NCBI GenBank assembly: GCA_035656295.1
Contig: DASRSU010000025.1
Coordinates: 65,543-129,542, forward strand
DNA from: Candidatus Bathyarchaeia archaeon
GTDB lineage: Archaea > Thermoproteota > Bathyarchaeia > 40CM-2-53-6
Length of the DNA: 64,000 bases
Direction of reading: 5' to 3'
How positions within the stretch are numbered: position 1 is the stretch's first letter; each line of letters begins with the position of its first letter. Made by a program: the position numbers and the translations under genes. Of the stretch, positions 18,441 to 27,154 are shown piece by piece. Under the pieces are notes generated by a model. It saw nothing but the letters and a program-made list of their open reading frames with translations. It had not been told where the DNA came from and ran no database searches.

Positions 18441-20429
18441 TTGTCGAATAGCAAGAGACAATTGACCAATCCCTTCGGCCAATTTCGGGCCGAATCGGAA
18501 AAGGCACTTCAGACAGGACTCTCGAAATTTCAGGCGTCGAACAAGAAAGACTTGGCCCAGTTAGACGTGCCCGGAAGCATCGAGAATCCACCCAACGAAC
18601 TGTTCGGACATTTGGCCAGCTCAATCTCGTTCGAACTAGCAAGAACCGTCAAGTCGAAACCGATGGCGATAGCGAAAGAGATCGCGAGCAGCACCGGAGA
18701 TTCTCAATCGCTCAAACTCGTTGAGTCGGTGTCGGCCGCAGAACCAGGCTACGTGAATTTCAAGGCGAACATTCCAATCCTCGCCCAGCTCACAATCCAG
18801 TCAATTCTAGCAGAGGGGCCGTCTTACGGATTATTGAAAACTGAGCATCCCCAACGCGTCATCGTCGAACACACCAGCGCAAATCCCGCCCGGCCAATAC
18901 ACATCGGAACGGCCAAGAACGCCATCTTTGGAGACACACTTGCAAGAATCCTTAGCGCAAGAGGCCACACGGTCACAACACGGTTCTACATCGACGACAC
19001 TGGACGTCAAGTCGCCATAATGGCCTACGGCTACAAACTACTAGGCGAGCCAAAACCAGTAGGGAAGACGGACGAGTTCATTGGAAGAATATACTCAGTC
19101 ACTGCCACCCTCGCCGAAATCGAAGAGCAGAAGAAACGGCTAGCCCTTCTCAAGAAGACCAAGGGCTCAGATATCGATATCGTCGCCGTCACCAGAGAGC
19201 TTGACGACTGGGCCGGAGTCGCAAGCGAACTAAGAAGCAAGTACCCTGCAGAGTTTGATAATCTCTCTCAGAAGCTCTCGAAAGATCCTGATGCCGAAGC
19301 ATCGATCCGTGAAATCATCCGAAAGTACGAGAAAGGAGAGCCAGAGATGCGGGCTCTAGTCCGGAGAGTCAGTCAGATGGTGCTCTTAGGATTCGAGGGG
19401 ACTCTCCGGAGAGCGAACATCCGTTTTGACCAGTGGGACTGGGAAAGTGAGATGCTCTGGACAGGTAGAGTAGCCGAGCTTCTTGACAGGCTGAAAGATT
19501 CAGGGTTCGCCCACAACAAGAGCGGAGCTTGGGAGCTGGATGTTCCGAAAGCACTTACACAGTTTGGACTACGCCAACGGCTCGGTCTGTCTCCCACCTA
19601 CGAAGCCGCACCCCTTACTCTGACGAGATCTGACGGAACCACGCTCTATCCTACGAGGGACGTTGCCTACACGATGTACAAGTTTGAGCAATCTGACAGA
19701 GTCATCAACGTGATCGGAGTTGAACAGTCTCTTGCACAGCTACAGGTGAAGACGGCCCTATGGATCCTCGGACACAAGAAAGAGGCCCAGAACTTCGTCT
19801 ACTTCCCGATCGGACTCCTACAGCTTGAGGGCCAGCGAATGTCAGCAAGACGTGGACGCTACGTTACATTCGACCAGTTGCTTGACGAATCGCTAGTCAG
19901 AGCAAGAGACGAAGTCGAAAAACGATCAACAGAACTGCCCGACGAAGTGAAACAGAGGGTTGCCGAACGGATCTCAGTAAGCGCCGTGCGGTTCGCGATG
20001 CTATCCGTTGAAGCAGCCAAGCCCACAAACTTTGCCTGGGACCGGGCCCTAAACTTTGAGTCCAACAGTGCACCTTTCATAAACTACGCGTACACGCGAA
20101 GCCTTGGCATACTCAAGAAGCTGGGACCGACTCCGATCCCTGAAGAGTACGATAGGTTAGTTGAGCCCCAGGAAGAGAGCCTCGTACTGACACTCGCCAG
20201 GTTCCCTGACACGTTCGCGGCTTCGGCGGAGGAACTCAATCCCACATTGCTAGCTTCATACTCCAACGAACTTTCGCAGAGGTTCCATGAGTTCTACGAG
20301 AAATCTGACATCATCCATTCGTCCGACGAAGAAGTGAAATTTGAGAGAGCAGCTCTTGCAACCGCAGTAAGGACAGTGATAGAGACCGCTGCAAAGCTTC
20401 TAGGACTCCGCCTCGCTGAGCGAATGTAG
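18441..20429 (+). CDS. argS: Arginyl-tRNA synthetase
   Basis: EHTSANPARPIHIGT (HIGH), RSDGTTLYPTRD, MSARRG (KMSK-like), YINYAYTR. Confidence 0.97.
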   Translation: MSNSKRQLTNPFGQFRAESEKALQTGLSKFQASNKKDLAQLDVPGSIENPPNELFGHLASSISFELARTVKSKPMAIAKEIASSTGDSQSLKLVESVSAAEPGYVNFKANIPILAQLTIQSILAEGPSYGLLKTEHPQRVIVEHTSANPARPIHIGTAKNAIFGDTLARILSARGHTVTTRFYIDDTGRQVAIMAYGYKLLGEPKPVGKTDEFIGRIYSVTATLAEIEEQKKRLALLKKTKGSDIDIVAVTRELDDWAGVASELRSKYPAEFDNLSQKLSKDPDAEASIREIIRKYEKGEPEMRALVRRVSQMVLLGFEGTLRRANIRFDQWDWESEMLWTGRVAELLDRLKDSGFAHNKSGAWELDVPKALTQFGLRQRLGLSPTYEAAPLTLTRSDGTTLYPTRDVAYTMYKFEQSDRVINVIGVEQSLAQLQVKTALWILGHKKEAQNFVYFPIGLLQLEGQRMSARRGRYVTFDQLLDESLVRARDEVEKRSTELPDEVKQRVAERISVSAVRFAMLSVEAAKPTNFAWDRALNFESNSAPFINYAYTRSLGILKKLGPTPIPEEYDRLVEPQEESLVLTLARFPDTFAASAEELNPTLLASYSNELSQRFHEFYEKSDIIHSSDEEVKFERAALATAVRTVIETAAKLLGLRLAERM

Positions 20430-20432
20430 TGA

Positions 20433-21467
20433 CTAGCTCCCAGTGCGTAAGATCTTCTCAGCGATCGCGTTGCCTGTCTCCGATGTTTTGGCACTCCCTC
20501 CCAGATCATAGGTCAACGCCTTCCTTTCCTCCAGTACCTTGAACGTGGCTTTCAGGATCCTTTCAGTAGCGCTTGTCTCCCCCAAATAGTCGAGCATCAT
20601 CCGCGCCGCCTCGATTGTAGCAATAGGGTTCACCTTGTTCAAACCTGCATACTTCGGCGCGGAACCGCCAACAGGTTCAAACATGCCATAGTTGTCTCCG
20701 ATGTTGGCACCAGCAGCCACTCCAAGTCCGCCGACTAGGCCTGCGGCTTCATCGGACAGAATATCGCCGTACAGGTTCATCGTAACAATGACATCAAAGC
20801 TCTCTGGGCGTCGAATGAGCTGCATTGTAGCAGCATCAATGTGAATGTCTTCGACATCCACCTGCGAATAACCCCGGGACACATCAAGGACTGCATCCTT
20901 GAATATGCCGTCGGTGATTTTGAGAATGTTTGCCTTGTGTGCGAAAGTCAGCTTTTTCCGTCTTGTCATCGCCAACTTGAATGCGAATCTTGCTATTCTT
21001 TCGGAAGCGGTCCGAGTAATGATCTTCATTGCTACGCCAACTCCTGGCGCCACCTCGAATTCCTTGCCTGAGTAGAGTCCCTCGGTGTTCTCCCGGACGA
21101 CAATCATGTCAATATTCGGTTTCAGGGAAGGAATATTGGGCAAGGTTCGAGCGGGACGGACGTTAGCGTATAACCCGAATATTGTTCGTAGAGTCACAGC
21201 CACACTGCGCGGAGATCCCTTCTCCTCGGGGGTAGTCATGGGACCCTTGAGGCACGCCTCAGTCGTCTTCAGCATCTCCAGAGTCTTGTCCGGAAGATTC
21301 GTCCCATATTTTTCTATACAATTGAACCCTGCCTCGCCCTTCACTAGTTCCAGTCTAACCTTGTCCACCTTCTGAACAGCAGCCAGAACGACCAATGTAG
21401 CGTCTACAACCTCGGGGCCTATTCCATCCCCCTGCAGTACTCCTACCCTGTGGACTTTCCCAGACAT
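20433..21467 (-). CDS. Isocitrate/isopropylmalate dehydrogenase family; probably NADP-dependent isocitrate dehydrogenase
   Basis: GDGIGPEV, RENTEGLY, HKANIL, NLYGDILSD. The nucleotide loop GSAPKYAG carries the KY pair of NADP-ICDHs, and the gene is divergent from citrate synthase. Substrate assignment is inference. Confidence 0.8.
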   Translation of the reverse strand: MSGKVHRVGVLQGDGIGPEVVDATLVVLAAVQKVDKVRLELVKGEAGFNCIEKYGTNLPDKTLEMLKTTEACLKGPMTTPEEKGSPRSVAVTLRTIFGLYANVRPARTLPNIPSLKPNIDMIVVRENTEGLYSGKEFEVAPGVGVAMKIITRTASERIARFAFKLAMTRRKKLTFAHKANILKITDGIFKDAVLDVSRGYSQVDVEDIHIDAATMQLIRRPESFDVIVTMNLYGDILSDEAAGLVGGLGVAAGANIGDNYGMFEPVGGSAPKYAGLNKVNPIATIEAARMMLDYLGETSATERILKATFKVLEERKALTYDLGGSAKTSETGNAIAEKILRTGS

Positions 21468-21557
21468 TGTTCTATGACCTTTGACCGGCCAAACTTGTAG
21501 ACGTTGAAAAAGCCTTTCCTCACCGAAAAAAATTCGAGCAGTTCTATTTTTTCGAGT

Positions 21558-21577
21558 ATGATTTAATTATGAATCAT
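21558..21577. promoter_or_regulatory. Palindromic operator-like site overlapping the AT-rich promoter of citrate synthase
   Basis: ATGATT-N8-AATCAT perfect inverted repeat in the divergent intergenic region. Confidence 0.45.
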
Positions 21578-21602
21578 CTCAGTCCCAGTCCGAGCGATAA
21601 CC

Positions 21603-22745
21603 GTGGCCTCGACAATCAGAGCCCCCAAAGGATTGGAGGGCGTCGTTGTCGCGACTACTCAGCTCACAAAGATTGATGGTCAAGCCGGCCGCTTGATCTA
21701 TCGAGGATATGATATTACAGAGCTAGCCGGAATAGTTCCCTACGAGTCGGTCGCCCACCTATTGTGGTTCGGACACCTGCCGAACCGTCAGGAATTCGAC
21801 CAGCTTAGTCGAAATCTGGTTGAAAATCGGGGTTTGCCAAATCCAGTCGTCGATTTCGTGTCTCGTGTCGCTAAGATGGCGGAGCCATTGTCCGCTGTTC
21901 AGACTGCCATTGCACTTCTCGGAGGTGTTGAAGCTGGTAAGAACAAGACGATCATCGATACGAGTATCGCGCTAACGGCTAAGATGCCGACGATAATCGC
22001 CGACTATTATCGGGTAAAGAGTGGGTTATCACCAGTAGCATCGAATCCAAAACTTGGCAATGCAGCAAATTATCTGTACATGCTTACCGGGAAAACGCCA
22101 AGCCCTGTTCATGAACATGCGCTTGATTCTTACTTCACTCTTCTAGCCGATCATGGCTTAGGTGCTTCCACGTTTGTCGCGCGTGTCGCCGCTTCAACAC
22201 TTACCGATGTGTACTCCGCTGTCGTGGCCGCTATTTCGGCCCTAAAGGGTCCGTTGCACGGAGGCGCACCAATCTACGTCTGGGAAATGTTACAGTCCAT
22301 CGGCAAGCCCGAGAATGCTTCCAAGTGGCTCAGTGAAACGCTTCGAGATGGAGGAAGGATTATGGGATTTGGTCATCGCGTATATCGAACAGAAGATCCT
22401 AGGTCTAGGATCTTGAAACAGCTCGCTAAACAGATTGTAGATCCCGAATTGTTCAAGCTGGCTACGACGGTAGAGGAGGAGGCTCGTAGGCTATTGCGAG
22501 AAGAGCATCCTGACAGGGTGCTTGATACCAATGTCGAATTTTATTCGTCCTTGGTCCTCCATACTGTTGGTGTCCCGCCCGAGCTCTTCACTTGTACCTT
22601 CGCATGCGCCCGAACGGTGGGCTGGACTGCTCACATAATCGAGCAATTGCAAGATAATCGATTGTTTCGGCCGTCGGCCGAATATGTTGGTCCGTTAGAC
22701 CTCAAGCTGCCAACTGATGCCAAAACCGTAGCCAAGGCCCCATAA
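21603..22745 (+). CDS. gltA: Citrate synthase (or 2-methylcitrate synthase)
   Basis: KGLEGVV, GRLIYRGY, ADHGLGAS, GPLHGGA, MGFGHRVY..EDPR, NVEFY. Confidence 0.93.
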   Translation: MASTIRAPKGLEGVVVATTQLTKIDGQAGRLIYRGYDITELAGIVPYESVAHLLWFGHLPNRQEFDQLSRNLVENRGLPNPVVDFVSRVAKMAEPLSAVQTAIALLGGVEAGKNKTIIDTSIALTAKMPTIIADYYRVKSGLSPVASNPKLGNAANYLYMLTGKTPSPVHEHALDSYFTLLADHGLGASTFVARVAASTLTDVYSAVVAAISALKGPLHGGAPIYVWEMLQSIGKPENASKWLSETLRDGGRIMGFGHRVYRTEDPRSRILKQLAKQIVDPELFKLATTVEEEARRLLREEHPDRVLDTNVEFYSSLVLHTVGVPPELFTCTFACARTVGWTAHIIEQLQDNRLFRPSAEYVGPLDLKLPTDAKTVAKAP

Positions 22746-22754
22746 CGCTGGTAC

Positions 22755-22994
22755 TTAGGGTCGCTTCGTAGGAATCCATTTTTCGATGTGCCAATTCCAC
22801 AACAGGTGCTGGTTAGGATCTACAGCCTCGACTCGTGGTTTTTTCTCGCTAATCAAATCCATGATGAAAGAAGCTCCACAGCCAGCGCATTCAGCTAACA
22901 ATCGCATCTCAGACATCTGTGTCAGTTGGAATTCTCGCTTTTCGCATTTCGTGCAGGTGAACAATCTAGGTAGACCTAATTCCGGGATCAACAA
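22755..22994 (-). CDS. Small Zn-ribbon hypothetical protein
   Basis: CTKC and CAGC pairs, 79 aa. Confidence 0.6.
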   Translation of the reverse strand: MLIPELGLPRLFTCTKCEKREFQLTQMSEMRLLAECAGCGASFIMDLISEKKPRVEAVDPNQHLLWNWHIEKWIPTKRP

Positions 22995-23086
22995 AGGATC
23001 TTATGATTGTTTGCCAGAGTCGAGAGAATTCTCCGACAGTCCCAACGAATTATAAGCAAACAGAAACGGGTTGCGTTCTCATCATC

Positions 23087-23165
23087 GGGCCGGTAGTCGA
23101 GCCAGGACCAAGACGGCGGCCTGCGGAGCCGCAAATCGTGGGTTCGAATCCCACCCGGCCCGCCA
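23087..23165 (+). tRNA. tRNA-Arg(GCG), intronless
   Basis: GGGCCGG/CCGGCCC acceptor, loop CT-GCG-GA, GTGGG-TTCGAAT-CCCAC, G73, CCA; TTATAA box at about 23050. Confidence 0.95.
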
Positions 23166-23192
23166 CTGTTGAGAATCGAAGCCCGATAGTTA

Positions 23193-23657
23193 TTAGAGAT
23201 TCATATTCTTGCCGTCTATTGTCTTCTCCATTGTGATCGCATCTTCCCCATCAGCGTAGTACGAAGAAACGAGCCCAGTCTCTCTGAACCCGTTCTTCCT
23301 ATACAGCTCCAATGCCGGATCGTTACTCTTCCGCAATTCAAGCCTCAACACTCCACTCGGCAAACGGTCTTCTACAAGTGATAGCATTCTCTGCGCAATT
23401 CCCAGTCGCCTTGAACTTGGCTCGACCGCGACTGACACTAGGTGATAGTGGTTCGTGAAGTGAGCAACTGCGAGATAGCCCACGGTCTCAGTTCCGCGCT
23501 TGGCAACAACAAAGGTCTCGGGATATTCTTCTGCTAACTGATTAAGAAGATATTGCGGGTAGGGATCCTTAAAGCAGCCTTTTTCCAGCTCGTAAATCGA
23601 GTCTAGGTCTTCGTTCTTGACTTCCCTAATCTCGAGTGCCGATGTTTCATGCCACAA
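23193..23657 (-). CDS. rimI: RimI-like GNAT acetyltransferase
   Basis: HLVSVAVEPSSRRLGIA, LELRKSNDPALELYRKNGF, YYADGEDAITM. Confidence 0.85.
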   Translation of the reverse strand: MWHETSALEIREVKNEDLDSIYELEKGCFKDPYPQYLLNQLAEEYPETFVVAKRGTETVGYLAVAHFTNHYHLVSVAVEPSSRRLGIAQRMLSLVEDRLPSGVLRLELRKSNDPALELYRKNGFRETGLVSSYYADGEDAITMEKTIDGKNMNL

Positions 23658-23658
23658 G

Positions 23659-25281
23659 TTATTTTTCCGAGCTGGCTCTTGCCGCGTTAGCGAGGGCTGC
23701 GGACACGTTTTGTCTGCCCATCGCCATGATGTACGGGCCTAGCCGTGGGCCCGATTCGGCTCCGATGAGTATTTTGTACAATGTCTTGAAGAAGGGACCC
23801 GTTTCTAGATTGTGCTTTTTTGCCAAGGTGAATACGACGTTTTGGAGGTAGTTTTCATCATTGCTCGCGTTGACGATGGCGGCGAGTTCGATGACTGCGT
23901 CTCGCTCTTCCCTCTTCAGTTCGACTGGTTGAATTGTGAGCGTATCAATTTCAGACGCCCAGTTCGCTGCATGTTCGAGTCTTTCTTTGTACCTAGGGTC
24001 GTTCTCGTTTATCGTGTACCTGTAATCTTTCAGCTTCTCGATCACAAATTCCTTCTCTCGTACTTTCGGTGCAACCTTGAACAGGTACACGAGCAGGTTG
24101 TGCGGAACGTGCACTGTTGGCTTGTTGGGCGGCATAAGATTCCAGCAGTACTCATAGAGACCGCGAAGCCTCGCCTCTTCCTTTGGGTCGCCGGTCCGCT
24201 TTTGGCCAAAGTAACGGTCTTCTAGATCGTCGAATTCTGCAATATACACGGGTATGTCCCTAATCCAGATAGCCCTTGAGCCCACACTCCGCTTGTACAT
24301 CAATAGCAGTAGTGTCTGCGCGGACGCGTACCTCAGCCATAATTGAGGAGCGATAACATTGCCAACAGATTTTGAAATCTTCACTCCTCTCTTGTCAATG
24401 AAGTGCTCGTACCGAGTATGGTACGGGGGTGGCTCTTCGAGGATTTCCATCATTATCCGATCGTTTACTTTGACAGAGTCGATCAATTCCTTTCCGTAAG
24501 GCTCGTAGTTGATTTTGAGAGCTGACCACCGCGCAGCGAACTCTACCTTCCAGCTCAGCTTTCCTTTGCCGGAGAATACATCTGTTTCACCTTTGTGCCC
24601 GCATCCTTTCAGGGTCTTGCCCGAAAGTTCTGTCCCCTCGCATTGGTACCGTACCACGTGATGTGCTGGCACGTATTCGAGTGCTTTGGTTGTGTAAATG
24701 CGTCCACAGCTTTCACAAACCGGAAAGTAGGGGAGCACTTCCGTGTACTTGTCCTGACCAAGGGTTTCCTTGATTATCTCTCCGATTCTCTGCGCATTAC
24801 GTAGTATCTTGTCAATTTGTCGATTGAAGACTCCATCCCTGTATGCTTTGGTGCCAGATACGCTCCGGTAGACAATGCCTGTCTTATCCAGCGCGTCCAG
24901 GAGCAGCGAACTCATGTGTTCTCCGTAGCTGTTGTGGCTGTGGCAGTGGCTCGGGTCAGGTATATCCGTCACCGGGAATCCGATGTACTTGGATAATTCT
25001 TTCGGAAAGCCCGCAGGGACTCTTCTGAGACCGTCCTTGTCGTCCGAGAACGCGATAAATTCCGCTTTCTGGCCGGCTGATTCCAAGGCGAGCTTTATGC
25101 CCCATGCACGGGCGGCGTCTGAAAAGTTGCCGATATGTGGGATGCCTGAGGCGCCTAGCCCACTCTCGACGCGAAGGACTTGGACGCTTCGGCCGAGTTT
25201 GCGTTCTCTTTCGATTATCTCGGAGGCAACTCTGTCAAGCCATGTTCCTTTTCCGATTATCTGAGGCGCCGACAGAGCCAA
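23659..25281 (-). CDS. lysS: Lysyl-tRNA synthetase, class I
   Basis: GASGIPHIGN, KLSWKVEFAARW, YEPYGKEL, KISKSVGN, GPRLG. Start moved to the TTG at 25281 because the track start overlaps the divergent gene. Confidence 0.95.
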   Translation of the reverse strand: MALSAPQIIGKGTWLDRVASEIIERERKLGRSVQVLRVESGLGASGIPHIGNFSDAARAWGIKLALESAGQKAEFIAFSDDKDGLRRVPAGFPKELSKYIGFPVTDIPDPSHCHSHNSYGEHMSSLLLDALDKTGIVYRSVSGTKAYRDGVFNRQIDKILRNAQRIGEIIKETLGQDKYTEVLPYFPVCESCGRIYTTKALEYVPAHHVVRYQCEGTELSGKTLKGCGHKGETDVFSGKGKLSWKVEFAARWSALKINYEPYGKELIDSVKVNDRIMMEILEEPPPYHTRYEHFIDKRGVKISKSVGNVIAPQLWLRYASAQTLLLLMYKRSVGSRAIWIRDIPVYIAEFDDLEDRYFGQKRTGDPKEEARLRGLYEYCWNLMPPNKPTVHVPHNLLVYLFKVAPKVREKEFVIEKLKDYRYTINENDPRYKERLEHAANWASEIDTLTIQPVELKREERDAVIELAAIVNASNDENYLQNVVFTLAKKHNLETGPFFKTLYKILIGAESGPRLGPYIMAMGRQNVSAALANAARASSEK

Positions 25282-25344
25282 TCCGAATCTACTACAGTAG
25301 TTGGAATAGTGCTTGATAAAGGATAAATTCCTCAACCAGACGCA

Positions 25345-26568
25345 GTGGTCAAGTGCCGTGCGGTGGCGGTCGCCGTACAGGGATTCAACCCTTCGAACTT
25401 TTTGAGCCATGAAACCGGCCGAATCAAAGAGATTGCAGGCGACCGAAAGGCCATTGCCGCCGTGTCCGGGGGCGTCGACAGCACCGTTGCGGCGCTGGTG
25501 GCGAGGTATGCCTTGCAGGAACGACTACTGCCGGTTTTCATTGATACTGGATTCGTAAGGGAACATGAGCCTGTCCAGATCAAGACGCGTCTCGCGGCCG
25601 CTCCTGTGGGACTCAAGGTCAGAATAATACGGGCAGGTCAACGATTTCTGGATGCCGTCGACAAGGAAACTGATGCCGAAGAGAAGAGGAAGAAGTTTCG
25701 TGAAACCTTCTACCAAGTCTTGAAGGAAGAGGTGGCCAAGGAAGGTTCAACTATCGTAATTCAAGGGACGATTGCTCCCGACTGGATCGAGACCCAGGGC
25801 GGGATAAAGACTCAGCACAATATACTAGAGCAGGTCGGCATAGATCCAGCCGCCCGGTATGGGTTCAAGGTCATTGAACCGTTGTCTGAACTTTACAAAG
25901 ATCAGGTTCGAATCCTCGGAAGACATCTTGGTCTGTCCTCTGACCTGTCCGATCGACAACCCTTTCCAGGGCCTGGACTCCTCGTTAGGTGCATTGGCAA
26001 AGTGACCAAGAAGAAAGTGCAGTCACTCAAAGCTGCAACAGTCATTGTTGAACAGAAACTCGCCCCGTTCAACTACGAGCAATACTTTGCCGCAATCATT
26101 GAAAACCGATTCGTCAAAGAAGAGTTCGAACAACTCTCGGACACGACCGCACAGGCTCTCCGTCTCCCCCCAAGAGATGTTTCAACTGAAGTCTTCGAGG
26201 ACCGAGTTACAGGGGTCAAGGGCGACGAGAGATCCTATGGAAGACTAGCGGGGGTGAAGCTTCGCGAGGATGCTCGTGAGACTTATGGTTGGCTCCCGGA
26301 GAAATTGCGTGTACTTCAGTCAAGCATTATTGAAAGATTCCGCGACATAACTAGGGTAGCTGTCCTAGTGCGTGAGAAACGAAACACGTCTCAGTTTTCG
26401 ATAATCGTGAGGGCGGTTACGACCCGGGACTTCATGACTGCGGCCGTGGCACCTGTTCCGTGGAAGATTCTCAAGGATGTGGCTACAGAGGTTCTGAAAC
26501 TGGGTTTCGCTTCTCGTGTCTATTATGATGTTACGCCGAAGCCGCCGGGAACCATAGAGTTTGAATGA
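25345..26568 (+). CDS. guaAB: GMP synthase, ATP-pyrophosphatase subunit (B), with C-terminal insertion
   Basis: SGGVDST, QGTIAPDWIE, IKTQHN, QPFPGPGL, RVYYDVTPKPPGTIEFE. Confidence 0.93.
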   Translation: MVKCRAVAVAVQGFNPSNFLSHETGRIKEIAGDRKAIAAVSGGVDSTVAALVARYALQERLLPVFIDTGFVREHEPVQIKTRLAAAPVGLKVRIIRAGQRFLDAVDKETDAEEKRKKFRETFYQVLKEEVAKEGSTIVIQGTIAPDWIETQGGIKTQHNILEQVGIDPAARYGFKVIEPLSELYKDQVRILGRHLGLSSDLSDRQPFPGPGLLVRCIGKVTKKKVQSLKAATVIVEQKLAPFNYEQYFAAIIENRFVKEEFEQLSDTTAQALRLPPRDVSTEVFEDRVTGVKGDERSYGRLAGVKLREDARETYGWLPEKLRVLQSSIIERFRDITRVAVLVREKRNTSQFSIIVRAVTTRDFMTAAVAPVPWKILKDVATEVLKLGFASRVYYDVTPKPPGTIEFE

Positions 26569-27154
26569 ATTGACACGCGTTCCGGTTGTGTATACGAAGG
26601 GGCAGTATAATCACATGATCACTCGGAGATTGCAGGAGCTTGGTGTGGAGTCTGAGCTTTTGCCCGCCTCGACTCCGGTCGATGAGATACTATCTATGGA
26701 TGCTGCTGGCCTTGTTATGGGTGGAGGTCCGCAGAGCGTCCGTTCTGTGGGGAGCCTGTCTGGAGAACTGAAGGATGCTTCCAATATCATCGGTCGCGTC
26801 CAATTACCCATGCTTTGCATTTGCGTCACTCATCAGTTGCTCGCAACAACCTTCGGCGGCAAGACAGCTTTAGCAGCTAAGCCCGAGTATGGTCCAGTCG
26901 ACATATCCGTCATCGAAGAGGGTCGAATCCTTCACGGGTTGCGTCCATCCTTTTCGGCTTGGGAGTCGCACAACGATGAAGTTGTATCCGCACCTGCAGG
27001 GTTCAGAGTTCTCGCTCGCTCTGAAAACTGTGCAATCCAAGCTATCCGTCACGAGAAGAAAGATGTTTACGGAGTGCAGTTCCACCCGGAGGTGTACCAC
27101 ACGCCTAAGGGCGTGGACGTATTCAAGAACTTCCTATCAGTCTTGAAGAAGTAG
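26561..27154 (+). CDS. guaAA: GMP synthase, glutamine amidotransferase subunit (A)
   Basis: GQYNHMITR, MGGGP, CICVTHQ (catalytic Cys), SHNDEV, GVQFHPEV. Confidence 0.92.
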   Translation: MNELTRVPVVYTKGQYNHMITRRLQELGVESELLPASTPVDEILSMDAAGLVMGGGPQSVRSVGSLSGELKDASNIIGRVQLPMLCICVTHQLLATTFGGKTALAAKPEYGPVDISVIEEGRILHGLRPSFSAWESHNDEVVSAPAGFRVLARSENCAIQAIRHEKKDVYGVQFHPEVYHTPKGVDVFKNFLSVLKK

